The notes under the pieces were generated by a model. That model was given only the letters and a program-made list of their open reading frames with translations, did not search any database and was not told the DNA's origin. Below, one piece after another: positions 8,989 through 18,012 of a DNA stretch of 64,000 nucleotides (positions are counted from its first letter, which is position 1; each line of letters opens with the position of its first letter). The position numbers and the translations under genes were made by a program. Source of the stretch: a virus (taxonomy: Duplodnaviria > Caudoviricetes); IMG/VR virus record IMGVR_UViG_3300028048_000091, positions 32,001 through 96,000 of that record; one strand, 5' to 3'.

Positions 8989-9366
8989 TTATCTTATATT
9001 ATTAAGATAGGTATTGTCAGAAGCGTTTTCAACTTCTTCAACCTTTTTCTGCAACTTTAATTGTTCATTAATAATAATGCCATTACCACGATTCCAATAC
9101 TCCGGTAACTCATCATCCGGAGCAGAAAATTCCAAACATTCACCACATTTGATGTTTGGGAACATATAAGATGGTATGTCTGCGGAAACTCTACCGCCCT
9201 CCCACGCATAGTGACACCAACTTGACTCTACAAAAATCGGCTTATCATAAAATAAATGTAATTTGCCAAATTCCGTTTCACTCTCAGGATGTCTTTCTAA
9301 AAAGTGTTCCAAATCGAAATCCTTGTCATCAGAATAGGCATTGTCTCTTGCAATCCAAATTTTCAT
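8989..9366 (-). CDS. Hypothetical phage protein (MKIWIARD family)
   Basis: 125-aa ORF. Confidence 0.6.
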   Translation of the reverse strand: MKIWIARDNAYSDDKDFDLEHFLERHPESETEFGKLHLFYDKPIFVESSWCHYAWEGGRVSADIPSYMFPNIKCGECLEFSAPDDELPEYWNRGNGIIINEQLKLQKKVEEVENASDNTYLNNIR

Positions 9367-9383
9367 TTTAATTAATATTTAAA

Positions 9384-10406
9384 TTATATATAATATTCCG
9401 GGTGTGGTCTATCTATATTCTGTCTATATGACAAATCTGCATATCTTCTATCTTTGAATATATCAGGATAATCATTCTTTGCCTTAACAATACATCTGCC
9501 ATACCTTAGTGATAAATCCTTTATAGCATCTTCCGCCATTTGAATAAACTTCTCAAAACTAAATTCCGTATTCTCCAACATTTCATTAGCTGCTGAGACA
9601 TATTCCTTGTCATTATTCTCCAATTTGGATAATGTGAAACGCATGGTGGCTATCATCTTCATAATCTTATTATCATTATCAAGATAATGTACCAACTTAT
9701 CAGGATTTTCTTCTCCGGCCTGTATCTTTGTGATTAATTGCTTAATTCCATCAAAGTATTCCTCAACAAAACTGTGCCTTTCGTAATCAAATGACAAATA
9801 TCCAAGCAATCCAACATTTTTCTTGGCAGTACCTTCAGCTGACTTGTTATACATATCAGCAGCAGCCATATATAACGTATTATCCTTGAAGTTTGAGAAT
9901 GATATACCACCATTCTTCTGTTGTTCGTAGATATGTCTTAATTCATGCCTTACAGAATACCTTAATCTCTCTATATCCACTTGTCCACTAACTCTTAACA
10001 GTGAAACAACAAGTGATTTCAGGTTAATTGGATGTTGTGATAGAGGTAATTTAGTCTTACCATATGCTGAACGTGCATTCTCGAAAAACTCGTTCGGATA
10101 TTTCTTTTTATATGCCTCTCTTGTATATGCATCACTGAAACTATAGCACTCAACTGAAACATTAACCGGTTTCTCGTTAAACATAAACTCAAATGTTAAA
10201 GTTGTATGCTTAATACCTTTATCTTCGGTTTTTTCCCAAACAGCAGACTTCAGTTCTTTTAATATTTCAGAACATAATGCATCAGTACCATAATCAACAA
10301 CATCGGAAATTCCTAATTCCTCTTGGATAACGTTGTTAATATACTGTTTTACCTCGTATAAGGCATTAATACCAAGTTCCTCAACAGCTTTATTGAAGGC
10401 ATTCAT
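9384..10406 (-). CDS. Putative zincin metallopeptidase
   Basis: HELRH motif and downstream ERHSF; paralogous to 60502-62366. Confidence 0.6.
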   Translation of the reverse strand: MNAFNKAVEELGINALYEVKQYINNVIQEELGISDVVDYGTDALCSEILKELKSAVWEKTEDKGIKHTTLTFEFMFNEKPVNVSVECYSFSDAYTREAYKKKYPNEFFENARSAYGKTKLPLSQHPINLKSLVVSLLRVSGQVDIERLRYSVRHELRHIYEQQKNGGISFSNFKDNTLYMAAADMYNKSAEGTAKKNVGLLGYLSFDYERHSFVEEYFDGIKQLITKIQAGEENPDKLVHYLDNDNKIMKMIATMRFTLSKLENNDKEYVSAANEMLENTEFSFEKFIQMAEDAIKDLSLRYGRCIVKAKNDYPDIFKDRRYADLSYRQNIDRPHPEYYI

Positions 10407-10417
10407 TTTTTTTTTAA

Positions 10418-10879
10418 TTAAATTTGATTTATAACCTCACATGTTGCACTTGGGTATTCCTCCATTGCTTTCTCAAAAGACCACCACCCAGGACGCTCAA
10501 ACCAATCATGATAGATTTCCAATTTAGAATTATTTAACCTTACTTTAGTAAAAGTGCCGTAACCGTCAGTAATAGTAATAATAGTAATCGGTTTATAATC
10601 TATTACGACTTCTTGATTGCCGTATTTTTTAGCTATTTTCTCAATTGCATTATTCAGTTTTTCTTCGGCAATATTCTTTTTAACATCTAAATAGATACGG
10701 TATAGTGCATTTTCGTTCATTAACTCTAAATGATACCTGTTCCACTCCCACTCTTCACCACGAGGGCCGGAAAAGTCACCATAGCCCTTGTCTTTTAACT
10801 CATATCTATAGTTACTCCAAGACGGAATAATGCCACAGATTAAATTAACTAAATCATTTGTTGAAAGTTCTAATAACAT
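10418..10879 (-). CDS. Hypothetical protein
   Basis: 153-aa ORF. Confidence 0.6.
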   Translation of the reverse strand: MLLELSTNDLVNLICGIIPSWSNYRYELKDKGYGDFSGPRGEEWEWNRYHLELMNENALYRIYLDVKKNIAEEKLNNAIEKIAKKYGNQEVVIDYKPITIITITDGYGTFTKVRLNNSKLEIYHDWFERPGWWSFEKAMEEYPSATCEVINQI

Positions 10880-11049
10880 AGTATTCTCTTTATTTTATAA
10901 ATTTTAATTTAAAATATTCACCGCAGTAATAATATCGGATTTATATGCTTTATTACATTTTGCTAATGTTTTCCCCTTATAAGCAAAATCGATTGTATAT
11001 TTAGTTAAAAAATGTTAATCACAATATGAGCGATTTCTATTATAGTAAA

Positions 11050-11310
11050 TCATTTCTTTAAATCTTTAAATCGTTTCAATACTTCTTGATAAAACTCTTT
11101 TTGTTCTTCTTTGTCATCAGGGAATTTCATGAGATAAACATCACGTAAAACTTCGTAGCACAAATCAAACACTTTTTCCATATCTTCCCAAGTCAGTTCC
11201 AAGTCTTTCTCTGCTTGGTGGTAGCCGTCTGCATAAGCATGTCCCATAGAATAGGGGTCTAATTTGTTTTTTGAAGCCCATTCCCATGCCTTTTCTTCTG
11301 CTTTACTCAT
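11050..11310 (-). CDS. Modular hypothetical protein (MSKAEE/AEKDLELT/EVLKRFK)
   Basis: Paralog of the neighbour; shares a 29-bp identical DNA block (11198-11226 and 11416-11444). Confidence 0.7.
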   Translation of the reverse strand: MSKAEEKAWEWASKNKLDPYSMGHAYADGYHQAEKDLELTWEDMEKVFDLCYEVLRDVYLMKFPDDKEEQKEFYQEVLKRFKDLKK

Positions 11311-11315
11311 ATTAA

Positions 11316-11546
11316 TTAATCTTTAAAGCGTTTCAATACTTCTTGATACGGATTACTATAATCAACACATTGATTTAGCAGTTTATCAATAGTTTTTATA
11401 TCCTCAATAGTTAGCTCCAAGTCTTTCTCTGCTTGGTGGTAGCCTTTAATAAATCCTTTACGCTCTCTAAGGTTTTCATCATACCCTTCACGTTCAGCAA
11501 TCTTTATAGGATATGCCTTTAACGCACGTTCTTCTGCCTTACTCAT
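11316..11546 (-). CDS. Modular hypothetical protein (MSKAEE family)
   Basis: Paralog of 11050-11310. Confidence 0.7.
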   Translation of the reverse strand: MSKAEERALKAYPIKIAEREGYDENLRERKGFIKGYHQAEKDLELTIEDIKTIDKLLNQCVDYSNPYQEVLKRFKD

Positions 11547-11986
11547 AACTCATCTTTCTTAATAACTAACAATTTATCACCTTCTTTACAGCCTTTAACA
11601 CAAAGTTTGTCATATAAACTTGATGGCAATGAAACATTGAAAGTTGTTTCAACAGCCTTTTCCATCATTTCATCTATTGTCTTTGTTCTACCTGCGAAAT
11701 AAGCATGGTCTTCAGCAAGTTCGATGGTGGATTGGTCTTGTTGTTTCTGCCACTTAGCAAAGTGTCTGGCAACATCAGTATAAGCCCATTTGTCACCATT
11801 TTCTTTAAAGTATCTTCCAATTTCTTCTTCCAAGTCATCGCTTACAGATTCTTCTTGAAATGAATTAATATATCTAAGAATGTCATCTCTTAGTCCTCCA
11901 ATAGTGGCAGTATTGTCAAGTATGTTAAATCTATTGAATTTACTTATAACGCCAGCCTTAAGTTTTCTTTTTTCTTTATCTGTCAT
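11543..11986 (-). CDS. Modular hypothetical protein (SVSDDLEE/WQKQ)
   Basis: Probable start MTDKEK at 11986. Confidence 0.65.
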   Translation of the reverse strand: MTDKEKRKLKAGVISKFNRFNILDNTATIGGLRDDILRYINSFQEESVSDDLEEEIGRYFKENGDKWAYTDVARHFAKWQKQQDQSTIELAEDHAYFAGRTKTIDEMMEKAVETTFNVSLPSSLYDKLCVKGCKEGDKLLVIKKDEL

Positions 11987-12008
11987 ACCTCTTCTCCTTT
12001 CTGTGCTT

Positions 12009-12671
12009 TTAATGTTTACCATCGTCTCTTACAGGAGTTGTCAATGCTTTCTCTACTGACCACCCAAGAACATTAAGCCTTTCCCAAAGAGCACCATAAT
12101 TTATATTCATAATTTCACTCCACTCTGGCATTGTATGCAACTCACCGTTATACTCATATTTACGAACATTTGACTTATTATTGGCTTGTGTCCTTATGCT
12201 TGCCCATCTACAGTTAGATGGTTCGTAATTTCCTCTATAATCTATTCTGTCTATTGTCAATTCATCAGAATAGCCATTTGCAAGTGCCCAATTATAAAAA
12301 GCCATAAAGTCATTTTTCCACTCATCGCACATTCTTATACCTTTTGCCCCATATTTGAAATAAGCACCACTTGAGACAGTATAACATCGGCATTTCATAG
12401 AGTTCCATATCTTATACAATTTTGAATCAGTTGCCTCTTTTGGATAAACACTTGTTCCATTATTATTTCTATGAGTAAAAAACATTTCGTTTCTTAGACA
12501 TCCGCAAGACTGTGTTCTTCCGTGAATAACCCTATCCATAGAATATTCTTTTATATTTCCACAATCACATTTACACAAAATACGTCTTTTACTACCAATA
12601 GGAGACACCTCTTTAATGATAGTAAGTTTCCCGTATTTTTGTCCTTCGGTTACTTCAATTTTATTCTTCAT
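12009..12671 (-). CDS. HNH-family homing endonuclease
   Basis: CKCDCG, SCGC, W.SMK.RC, TIDRID..GNYEPSNCRWA...QANN; probable start MKNKIEV. Confidence 0.85.
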   Translation of the reverse strand: MKNKIEVTEGQKYGKLTIIKEVSPIGSKRRILCKCDCGNIKEYSMDRVIHGRTQSCGCLRNEMFFTHRNNNGTSVYPKEATDSKLYKIWNSMKCRCYTVSSGAYFKYGAKGIRMCDEWKNDFMAFYNWALANGYSDELTIDRIDYRGNYEPSNCRWASIRTQANNKSNVRKYEYNGELHTMPEWSEIMNINYGALWERLNVLGWSVEKALTTPVRDDGKH

Positions 12672-13014
12672 TGTTATTGTAGTTTTTTGACTGTTGCATA
12701 CCAAGTTCAAAGAAATGCTTGGCACATAATGCTATATCTTGGCCATTAGGCTCTTCCTTTGTTCTATTAGCAAAGAAGCCCATTGTTTGAGAGCCAAAGA
12801 AATTACTGCTTATGTAATTGTCAATTTCCTTTTCTAAATCCACCTCTTTCATCTCAATGGTGTCAAGAAATACTTTAAGAGAAGCTATACAAAACGCCTT
12901 ACCAGCAAGCCAGTCCAGCTTGTTTTCTTCAGTTGGCTGAAGACTATCAGAAGGTCTTACTCTGCGAAGTCTATCAATCTCCGCCACTAAAGCGGATTTA
13001 TCAATCAGTTTCAT
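12661..13014 (-). CDS. Modular hypothetical protein (IDKSALVAEI/KEVDLEKEI/HFFELG)
   Basis: Modules shared with 13035, 43268 and 44035. Confidence 0.7.
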   Translation of the reverse strand: MKLIDKSALVAEIDRLRRVRPSDSLQPTEENKLDWLAGKAFCIASLKVFLDTIEMKEVDLEKEIDNYISSNFFGSQTMGFFANRTKEEPNGQDIALCAKHFFELGMQQSKNYNNNEE

Positions 13015-13034
13015 GATATTTTCCTTTCTGTGCT

Positions 13035-13418
13035 TTAAGTTAATTCTATCCATTTTACAATATCATCAACATTGTCATAATCATCATTAACTCCATATAT
13101 ATGTACGTTAATATGGCCCTCACAATCTTCATCAAGATTACCAGTAAACTTTTGGATTGTTCCATCTTTCATTATACATGCAAATGTTTGAAGGCTCCAA
13201 TCTTTAACTGCATCATATATATCTTCTTTTTCTTGTAAATGCCAAGTTTCCACCTCTTTTACTTCAAGAGTGTTGATGATAGAAAGAACATTTTTCATTA
13301 CCTCTATATCGTGTTCCCTTTGGAGTCTATAACGCCAATCCTCAATACTATCGAGGTTGATTTCGTTTATTTTTTTCTCTATCTCCGCTACTAAAGCGTC
13401 TTTCTCAATCAGTGCCAT
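13035..13418 (-). CDS. Modular hypothetical protein (ALVAEI/LEVKEV)
   Basis: Shared modules. Confidence 0.7.
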   Translation of the reverse strand: MALIEKDALVAEIEKKINEINLDSIEDWRYRLQREHDIEVMKNVLSIINTLEVKEVETWHLQEKEDIYDAVKDWSLQTFACIMKDGTIQKFTGNLDEDCEGHINVHIYGVNDDYDNVDDIVKWIELT

Positions 13419-13653
13419 AATCATCATAATTTAAGTCATCATTTGTTATATCCACATCATATTTAAAAACTAACTCGTAGTCTTGGTATCTCCAAACAAA
13501 TTCCTCCCAGGCCGCCTTTGCTTCATCTTTCCATGATTGAGGTGCAGCGAGTTCACATAACGCCATTTCTGCTTCATAATGCCTTTCGCAAGCGTTAAGT
13601 AACTTTTCTTGAACTTTTTGTTTTATTGCGTCTTTGTTAATATATTGCACCAT
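13405..13653 (-). CDS. Hypothetical protein
   Basis: 82-aa ORF with the QYI.K N-terminal module. Confidence 0.6.
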   Translation of the reverse strand: MVQYINKDAIKQKVQEKLLNACERHYEAEMALCELAAPQSWKDEAKAAWEEFVWRYQDYELVFKYDVDITNDDLNYDDYGTD

Positions 13654-13656
13654 AAT

Positions 13657-13962
13657 CTAGCCGTTAAATTTACCGTCCCATTTATCTAAATTATAATAAT
13701 CTGCATAGAAATCACTCCTATTCATTGTATTCAAAATCTGTTTATGAGCAAGTTGCAAGTCTTCCCATAACTGCTCGATAACCATAGAGAGGTCTATGTC
13801 GTCATTTTCTATGTTAGCGAGAATTTTTTCAACTTGTTTTTCCCTTTGATGAAGATACCTACTAATAAGATGATGACATTTTGTTATGCTATCTTCACTA
13901 TTTATCTGTTTAAGCAAATTCTCAGTCCAAAATTGCTCATACTTTCCATCAATTTTTGCCAT
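13657..13962 (-). CDS. Hypothetical protein
   Basis: 101-aa ORF. Confidence 0.6.
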   Translation of the reverse strand: MAKIDGKYEQFWTENLLKQINSEDSITKCHHLISRYLHQREKQVEKILANIENDDIDLSMVIEQLWEDLQLAHKQILNTMNRSDFYADYYNLDKWDGKFNG

Positions 13963-13968
13963 AACTAT

Positions 13969-14277
13969 TCATATTTTATGATAATCAGGTGAAAACTTAC
14001 CACGTTCATTATATTCTTTTTCAATTTCAGAAAGTGTGCGTTCGTAAGTTTCTTTTGCGAGTTCTTTACGTCGCTCATAGGTATCTTTTTTCATAGGAGC
14101 ATATTTGTCTTTATATTCTTTCCATTCAAGAATATCAAGATGCTCATCTCTGTCAGAGCATTGGTCTATTTTACTTGCAATAAAATTTCTTGCCTCAAAC
14201 TGAGCACAAAAAGGACTGTTCTTAGCAATATTATTGTAAACAGTTTTTGCTTCATTTAATAATTCTTCGTAATTCAT
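13969..14277 (-). CDS. Hypothetical protein
   Basis: 102-aa ORF. Confidence 0.6.
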   Translation of the reverse strand: MNYEELLNEAKTVYNNIAKNSPFCAQFEARNFIASKIDQCSDRDEHLDILEWKEYKDKYAPMKKDTYERRKELAKETYERTLSEIEKEYNERGKFSPDYHKI

Positions 14278-14280
14278 ATA

Positions 14281-14463
14281 TTATTTTCCTTTTAATGAAT
14301 TTAATAAATTTTCTGCTCTCTTCTTATTTCCAAATCCCTTAATATCGACCCATTTGTCAGTAAAGAAGCCTTCTTTTAGAACTTGTACAAAGTATCCGTC
14401 ATAAGGAATACAGCCGCCATTAGCATAACATGGGTATCTGTGGTCAATTCTATACCTTACCAT
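14281..14463 (-). CDS. Hypothetical protein
   Basis: 60-aa ORF. Confidence 0.6.
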   Translation of the reverse strand: MVRYRIDHRYPCYANGGCIPYDGYFVQVLKEGFFTDKWVDIKGFGNKKRAENLLNSLKGK

Positions 14464-14466
14464 ATC

Positions 14467-14830
14467 TTACTCTCTTTTCAGATAGTTTTTAAAATCCTTG
14501 ATAAACTTTGCAGTATCAGCACAATCCTCACTTGGGTATTTGAGATGATTGTCTCTTATCCACTCACAAGCCTCCTCAATAAAAGAATCAGTTCTAGTGT
14601 ACTCAATTTTAATCAGTCATCGGAAAATCCTTTGCCTTCATCATTCTATCCCTAAGTTTTGCATCGTATTCCTTTTGTTTCCTTTCAATGCGTTTATCTA
14701 TCTCTGCGATTTCTTCCCTGCTATGAACAGAGAAAAAATCAACTGCTTCGTTTGCTTTCATAATTCAATAGTTTTTTCAATTCCACAAAGTCTTAATGCT
14801 TGCTGTAGTTGATGAACATACTTAAAGTAC
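14467..14830 (-). pseudogene. Rearranged paralog of 44697-44990 (module fragments plus a 50-aa MKANEA ORF at 14609-14761)
   Basis: Fragments YVHQLQQALRLCGIEKTIEL* and IEYTRTDSFIEEACEWIRDNHLKYPSEDCADT match 44697-45000. Confidence 0.65.
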
Positions 14831-14863
14831 ATTTCATCCATACATCCATTTTTTCCATTTGTT

Positions 14864-16066
14864 TTATAAGATTATAGTGTATCTTTCTTTGAGGGATTTG
14901 AGCCAATTTGCACATTTTTTAGCATTGCCATCTTGAACCATGCAATTTTCGCAAAATACAATAAGTTGATTTATACAACACTCATCCTCTTCACTCCAAG
15001 CAGCAGTATTTTGTCTAACAGGCTCATAAAGTTCCCATTCGTCCTGTTCTGTAATATCACAGATAATTCTATCGTTATACCAATATTTTCCACCTGTAAT
15101 ATCGGTAATTACAAATGAACCAAAATCATTTATGTCGGAATTATGCCTTTTAGCAATGGTGTCGCCAATATTGAAAATAGGAATAATAATCTCCTTCAAC
15201 TCTTTCTTTTCAGCATCCCATTCATATCCTGCTTCTTTCATCTTTTGAAATAAAAGGTCACGCTGTTTTTTGATGGCAGGTTTTATGTCTTGCATCCAAG
15301 TCCATTCACCAAATTTCCCGTCTGACTCAATTTTAAAACCATCATCGACACTTATACCACAATAAGCATAACTATTTTTATTGGTATCTATCTTCTTGAA
15401 AATAAATGGTAAATTACCATCAGCAAGCACATCACCATCCTTTGCATCTTGAATGGTCCAGAGATGATACATATCGCACCAAGAACCACTGAAGTACACA
15501 CCATCATCAAGAGTATACCCGTCACCATCTTTATCTACAGATACTACTTGATTTACCTTGCCATAGCTTGTAACAACCCAATCACCTTCATGAAACTTTG
15601 GCTCAACCTTATCAGCAAACTTCTGCTCACCTTGCTTTTCAAGCCAAGCAATACGTTCATCTTTAATTTCAATAAAATGCTGTTCTGGATTTTTAATAAC
15701 AAAGTTGTCAAGAACTCCATCTTTATTACATTTATAAATTAAACCTTTCTTAAATGTTTCATTGTCAGCCCTTTCCCACCGTGATTTATAACAAAAATAA
15801 CTATTTCCTGCTTTCAATTCAAGTTTAATACATTCAATTTCTTGTCTTTTAAGCCACGATATAAATTCTCTCATTTTATCAGAATGTTCTTGAATACTGC
15901 ATTGAGGTATTTCTTCTTGGAAATAGAATATCATCTCTTTCCTTATCCTCTCATCCTCGCTCTCTTGGAGTTCGGGAATAAGAGTTTCAAGTGCCTCACG
16001 CAACCTTGTAAAACTACTATCAGGCCAATTCTTTTTAACGACCTCTATTGCTTCTTTTCTTTCCAT
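14864..16066 (-). CDS. Modular hypothetical protein (ESEDERIRK/WLEKQGEQK/LWTIQDAKDGDVL/WSEEDE/WLKSLK)
   Basis: Paralog of 20766 and 45913. Confidence 0.75.
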   Translation of the reverse strand: MERKEAIEVVKKNWPDSSFTRLREALETLIPELQESEDERIRKEMIFYFQEEIPQCSIQEHSDKMREFISWLKRQEIECIKLELKAGNSYFCYKSRWERADNETFKKGLIYKCNKDGVLDNFVIKNPEQHFIEIKDERIAWLEKQGEQKFADKVEPKFHEGDWVVTSYGKVNQVVSVDKDGDGYTLDDGVYFSGSWCDMYHLWTIQDAKDGDVLADGNLPFIFKKIDTNKNSYAYCGISVDDGFKIESDGKFGEWTWMQDIKPAIKKQRDLLFQKMKEAGYEWDAEKKELKEIIIPIFNIGDTIAKRHNSDINDFGSFVITDITGGKYWYNDRIICDITEQDEWELYEPVRQNTAAWSEEDECCINQLIVFCENCMVQDGNAKKCANWLKSLKERYTIIL

Positions 16067-16068
16067 AA

Positions 16069-16470
16069 TCACAACAAATTTAATTCGTTCAACTTTTCAA
16101 TCATAGCTACACAAGCATCAACCCAATTATCTCTACCAATACAATACAAAGTATTATCATCATTAACAGAAGGTGTAAAACTGTAACTAACACAATGATA
16201 ATAAGAACGAAAGAGATTGAGATGGAATGTCTTTTGGCAACTTTCGCCTTCTATATATTTGGTTATAGATTGTGGCAAAACACCAAGCAAAGCTGCAAGA
16301 CTCCAAGCACGAACATGTCCTTCTTCTTCATTAAAATCACCATCATCCATTGCTTCTATATAGTACCTTTTGCCCGAAGACCACAAATACATATCCGCAC
16401 TTTCAAGCGGTAAAATTTCTGCCAACTTCTTTGACTGAGACAAGTCTGTGTGTGATTTAATTGTTGCCAT
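16069..16470 (-). CDS. Hypothetical phage protein (T..QSKKL/ADM/AWSL.ALL family)
   Basis: Paralog of 39057-39437. Confidence 0.7.
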   Translation of the reverse strand: MATIKSHTDLSQSKKLAEILPLESADMYLWSSGKRYYIEAMDDGDFNEEEGHVRAWSLAALLGVLPQSITKYIEGESCQKTFHLNLFRSYYHCVSYSFTPSVNDDNTLYCIGRDNWVDACVAMIEKLNELNLL

Positions 16471-16472
16471 AG

Positions 16473-16751
16473 TTATTTATTTCTATATTTTTCTAATTTA
16501 GCATTTGCCCAGTTTTTAACATCTTCTTTAGATACTTGTTCTTTAGAATATGCAATAACGTCAGAGTCATCAGTTGATAATACCATCCATTTACCGTTTT
16601 TCCACTCGTTTAAAGTGGTATAGATACCTCCAAGACCGCATTTAATGGTTATATAATATCCATCCTCTTTAGGTGGGTATTTTGCCAATTTATAATCGCA
16701 ACCACCCTTGAAATTAAAGATATGTTCTGTGTCTAAATTAATTGTTGCCAT
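16473..16751 (-). CDS. Hypothetical protein
   Basis: Shares its MATI start and about 20 bp of start-region DNA with 16470. Confidence 0.65.
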   Translation of the reverse strand: MATINLDTEHIFNFKGGCDYKLAKYPPKEDGYYITIKCGLGGIYTTLNEWKNGKWMVLSTDDSDVIAYSKEQVSKEDVKNWANAKLEKYRNK

Positions 16752-16757
16752 AGTTAT

Positions 16758-17135
16758 TTAAATTAAGTTTTCAAGACAATACTTAATCGCTGCTTCAACA
16801 GTTTCTTCATAAGTTGGACAATCTTTCGATATAATATTTTCGTAATAATTATCTCCTTGCCACAATGATGCTACATAACTTGAATTTTTCTCATTAATAT
16901 AATCATACATATGAGGCTCAATTACTATAAAAATATTATGCACTTCTCTCAACCACTTCATCGTCATTTGCTGAGTCGGGGCAGATAAATAAACACCATG
17001 ATTATTAAAATCTCGTCTATTAGATATTAGTGCAATTTCGTTATCTGAGATAAAATAAGAATTACACCATTCATTAAATCTTTTCTCTTTCAAAAGTTTT
17101 GCTGTTTCAAAACTAACGTAATCTTCTGTAATCAT
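16758..17135 (-). CDS. Hypothetical phage protein (VSFETAKLLKEK/SAPT/KWLREVH family)
   Basis: Motif typical of Bacteroidota phage proteins. Confidence 0.7.
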   Translation of the reverse strand: MITEDYVSFETAKLLKEKRFNEWCNSYFISDNEIALISNRRDFNNHGVYLSAPTQQMTMKWLREVHNIFIVIEPHMYDYINEKNSSYVASLWQGDNYYENIISKDCPTYEETVEAAIKYCLENLI

Positions 17136-17611
17136 ATTGTATCTTCTTTAATAATTTGTTCCTTTTCTTCTTGTGTATAATCGAACTTGTCAATGTTTGC
17201 AACAAGATTCTCCCATAGTTTACCAGTCACATCAAGTGTTGCAGAATTCCAATAAGAACCAATTCCAAACCAATCACCTTGTTTTGTCCTAACAAATACT
17301 CCAAGTTCATCATTCTCTCCTTTATATGTAATGACAAATTTATCTGTTCGTCTAGAATATAACCAATAATGGTCTTTAGCTGTTTTACAATATTTTTTAA
17401 ATTCATTCGGATATTTCCTCTTGAATTCCATGTGGCTAAGAACTTCATCAATCTTGATAATATAGTGCCGAGAAAATGTTATCTTTCCATCGTCAAAACA
17501 ATGATATTTCTTACCAACTTCCGGAATTGGTTTCATATACTTCTTGCGACTATATAATACCGTTCTGTCAGGTAAAGGATAACCATTTGGCTTTTTGTGT
17601 TTATTTTGCAT
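17132..17611 (-). CDS. Hypothetical protein
   Basis: 159-aa ORF. Confidence 0.6.
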   Translation of the reverse strand: MQNKHKKPNGYPLPDRTVLYSRKKYMKPIPEVGKKYHCFDDGKITFSRHYIIKIDEVLSHMEFKRKYPNEFKKYCKTAKDHYWLYSRRTDKFVITYKGENDELGVFVRTKQGDWFGIGSYWNSATLDVTGKLWENLVANIDKFDYTQEEKEQIIKEDTI

Positions 17612-17855
17612 ATTTAATCTGATTTAAAATTTCTTTCTTTAACTTCTCTCTTGCAATAGAGTCTCTTCTGATGCAATTCTTACAATTACCTTTGTGCTCT
17701 ATTCCTGTAGAATAATCTGTAATGTAATACTCAATGTATTCACAACTATCAAGAATAACCACCTTATTGGAAATATCTTGATTGTTCCTAAACGTACAAC
17801 TTGATAGTAATGAAATAGTGAAAAACAATAAAAATAACTTCTTTAACATATACAT
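17601..17855 (-). CDS. Putative lipoprotein
   Basis: Signal peptide with lipobox LSSC; HKGNCKNC motif. Confidence 0.65.
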   Translation of the reverse strand: MYMLKKLFLLFFTISLLSSCTFRNNQDISNKVVILDSCEYIEYYITDYSTGIEHKGNCKNCIRRDSIAREKLKKEILNQIKYAK

Positions 17856-17893
17856 TTTTATTTTGCTAAATGTAACGATTTCTTTTTCCGATG

Positions 17894-17950
17894 CAAAGAT
17901 ACTATAAAAAGTTGAGAAAACAAAGAAATTTTAGTTAAAAATATTAAAAA
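17894..17950 (-). promoter_or_regulatory. Bacteroidota-type promoter, near-identical to 51376-51434
   Basis: TAtcTTTG at 17894-17901, TTTG at 17921-17924; about 60-bp repeat. Confidence 0.8.
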
Positions 17951-17967
17951 TATTGGGTGTTTTTTGT

Positions 17968-17996
17968 AGTGATATACTATTAAATAGTATATCACT
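17968..17996. repeat. Perfect 13-bp inverted repeat with TAA loop, upstream of a + strand gene
   Basis: AGTGATATACTAT-TAA-ATAGTATATCACT. Confidence 0.85.
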
Positions 17997-18012
17997 GATT
18001 TGAAACTAAAAA

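Noticed and set aside
11050-17135. CRISPR array explanation for the recurring short repeats
   Set aside because: The repeats are coding, of several different types and irregularly spaced; no cas genes.
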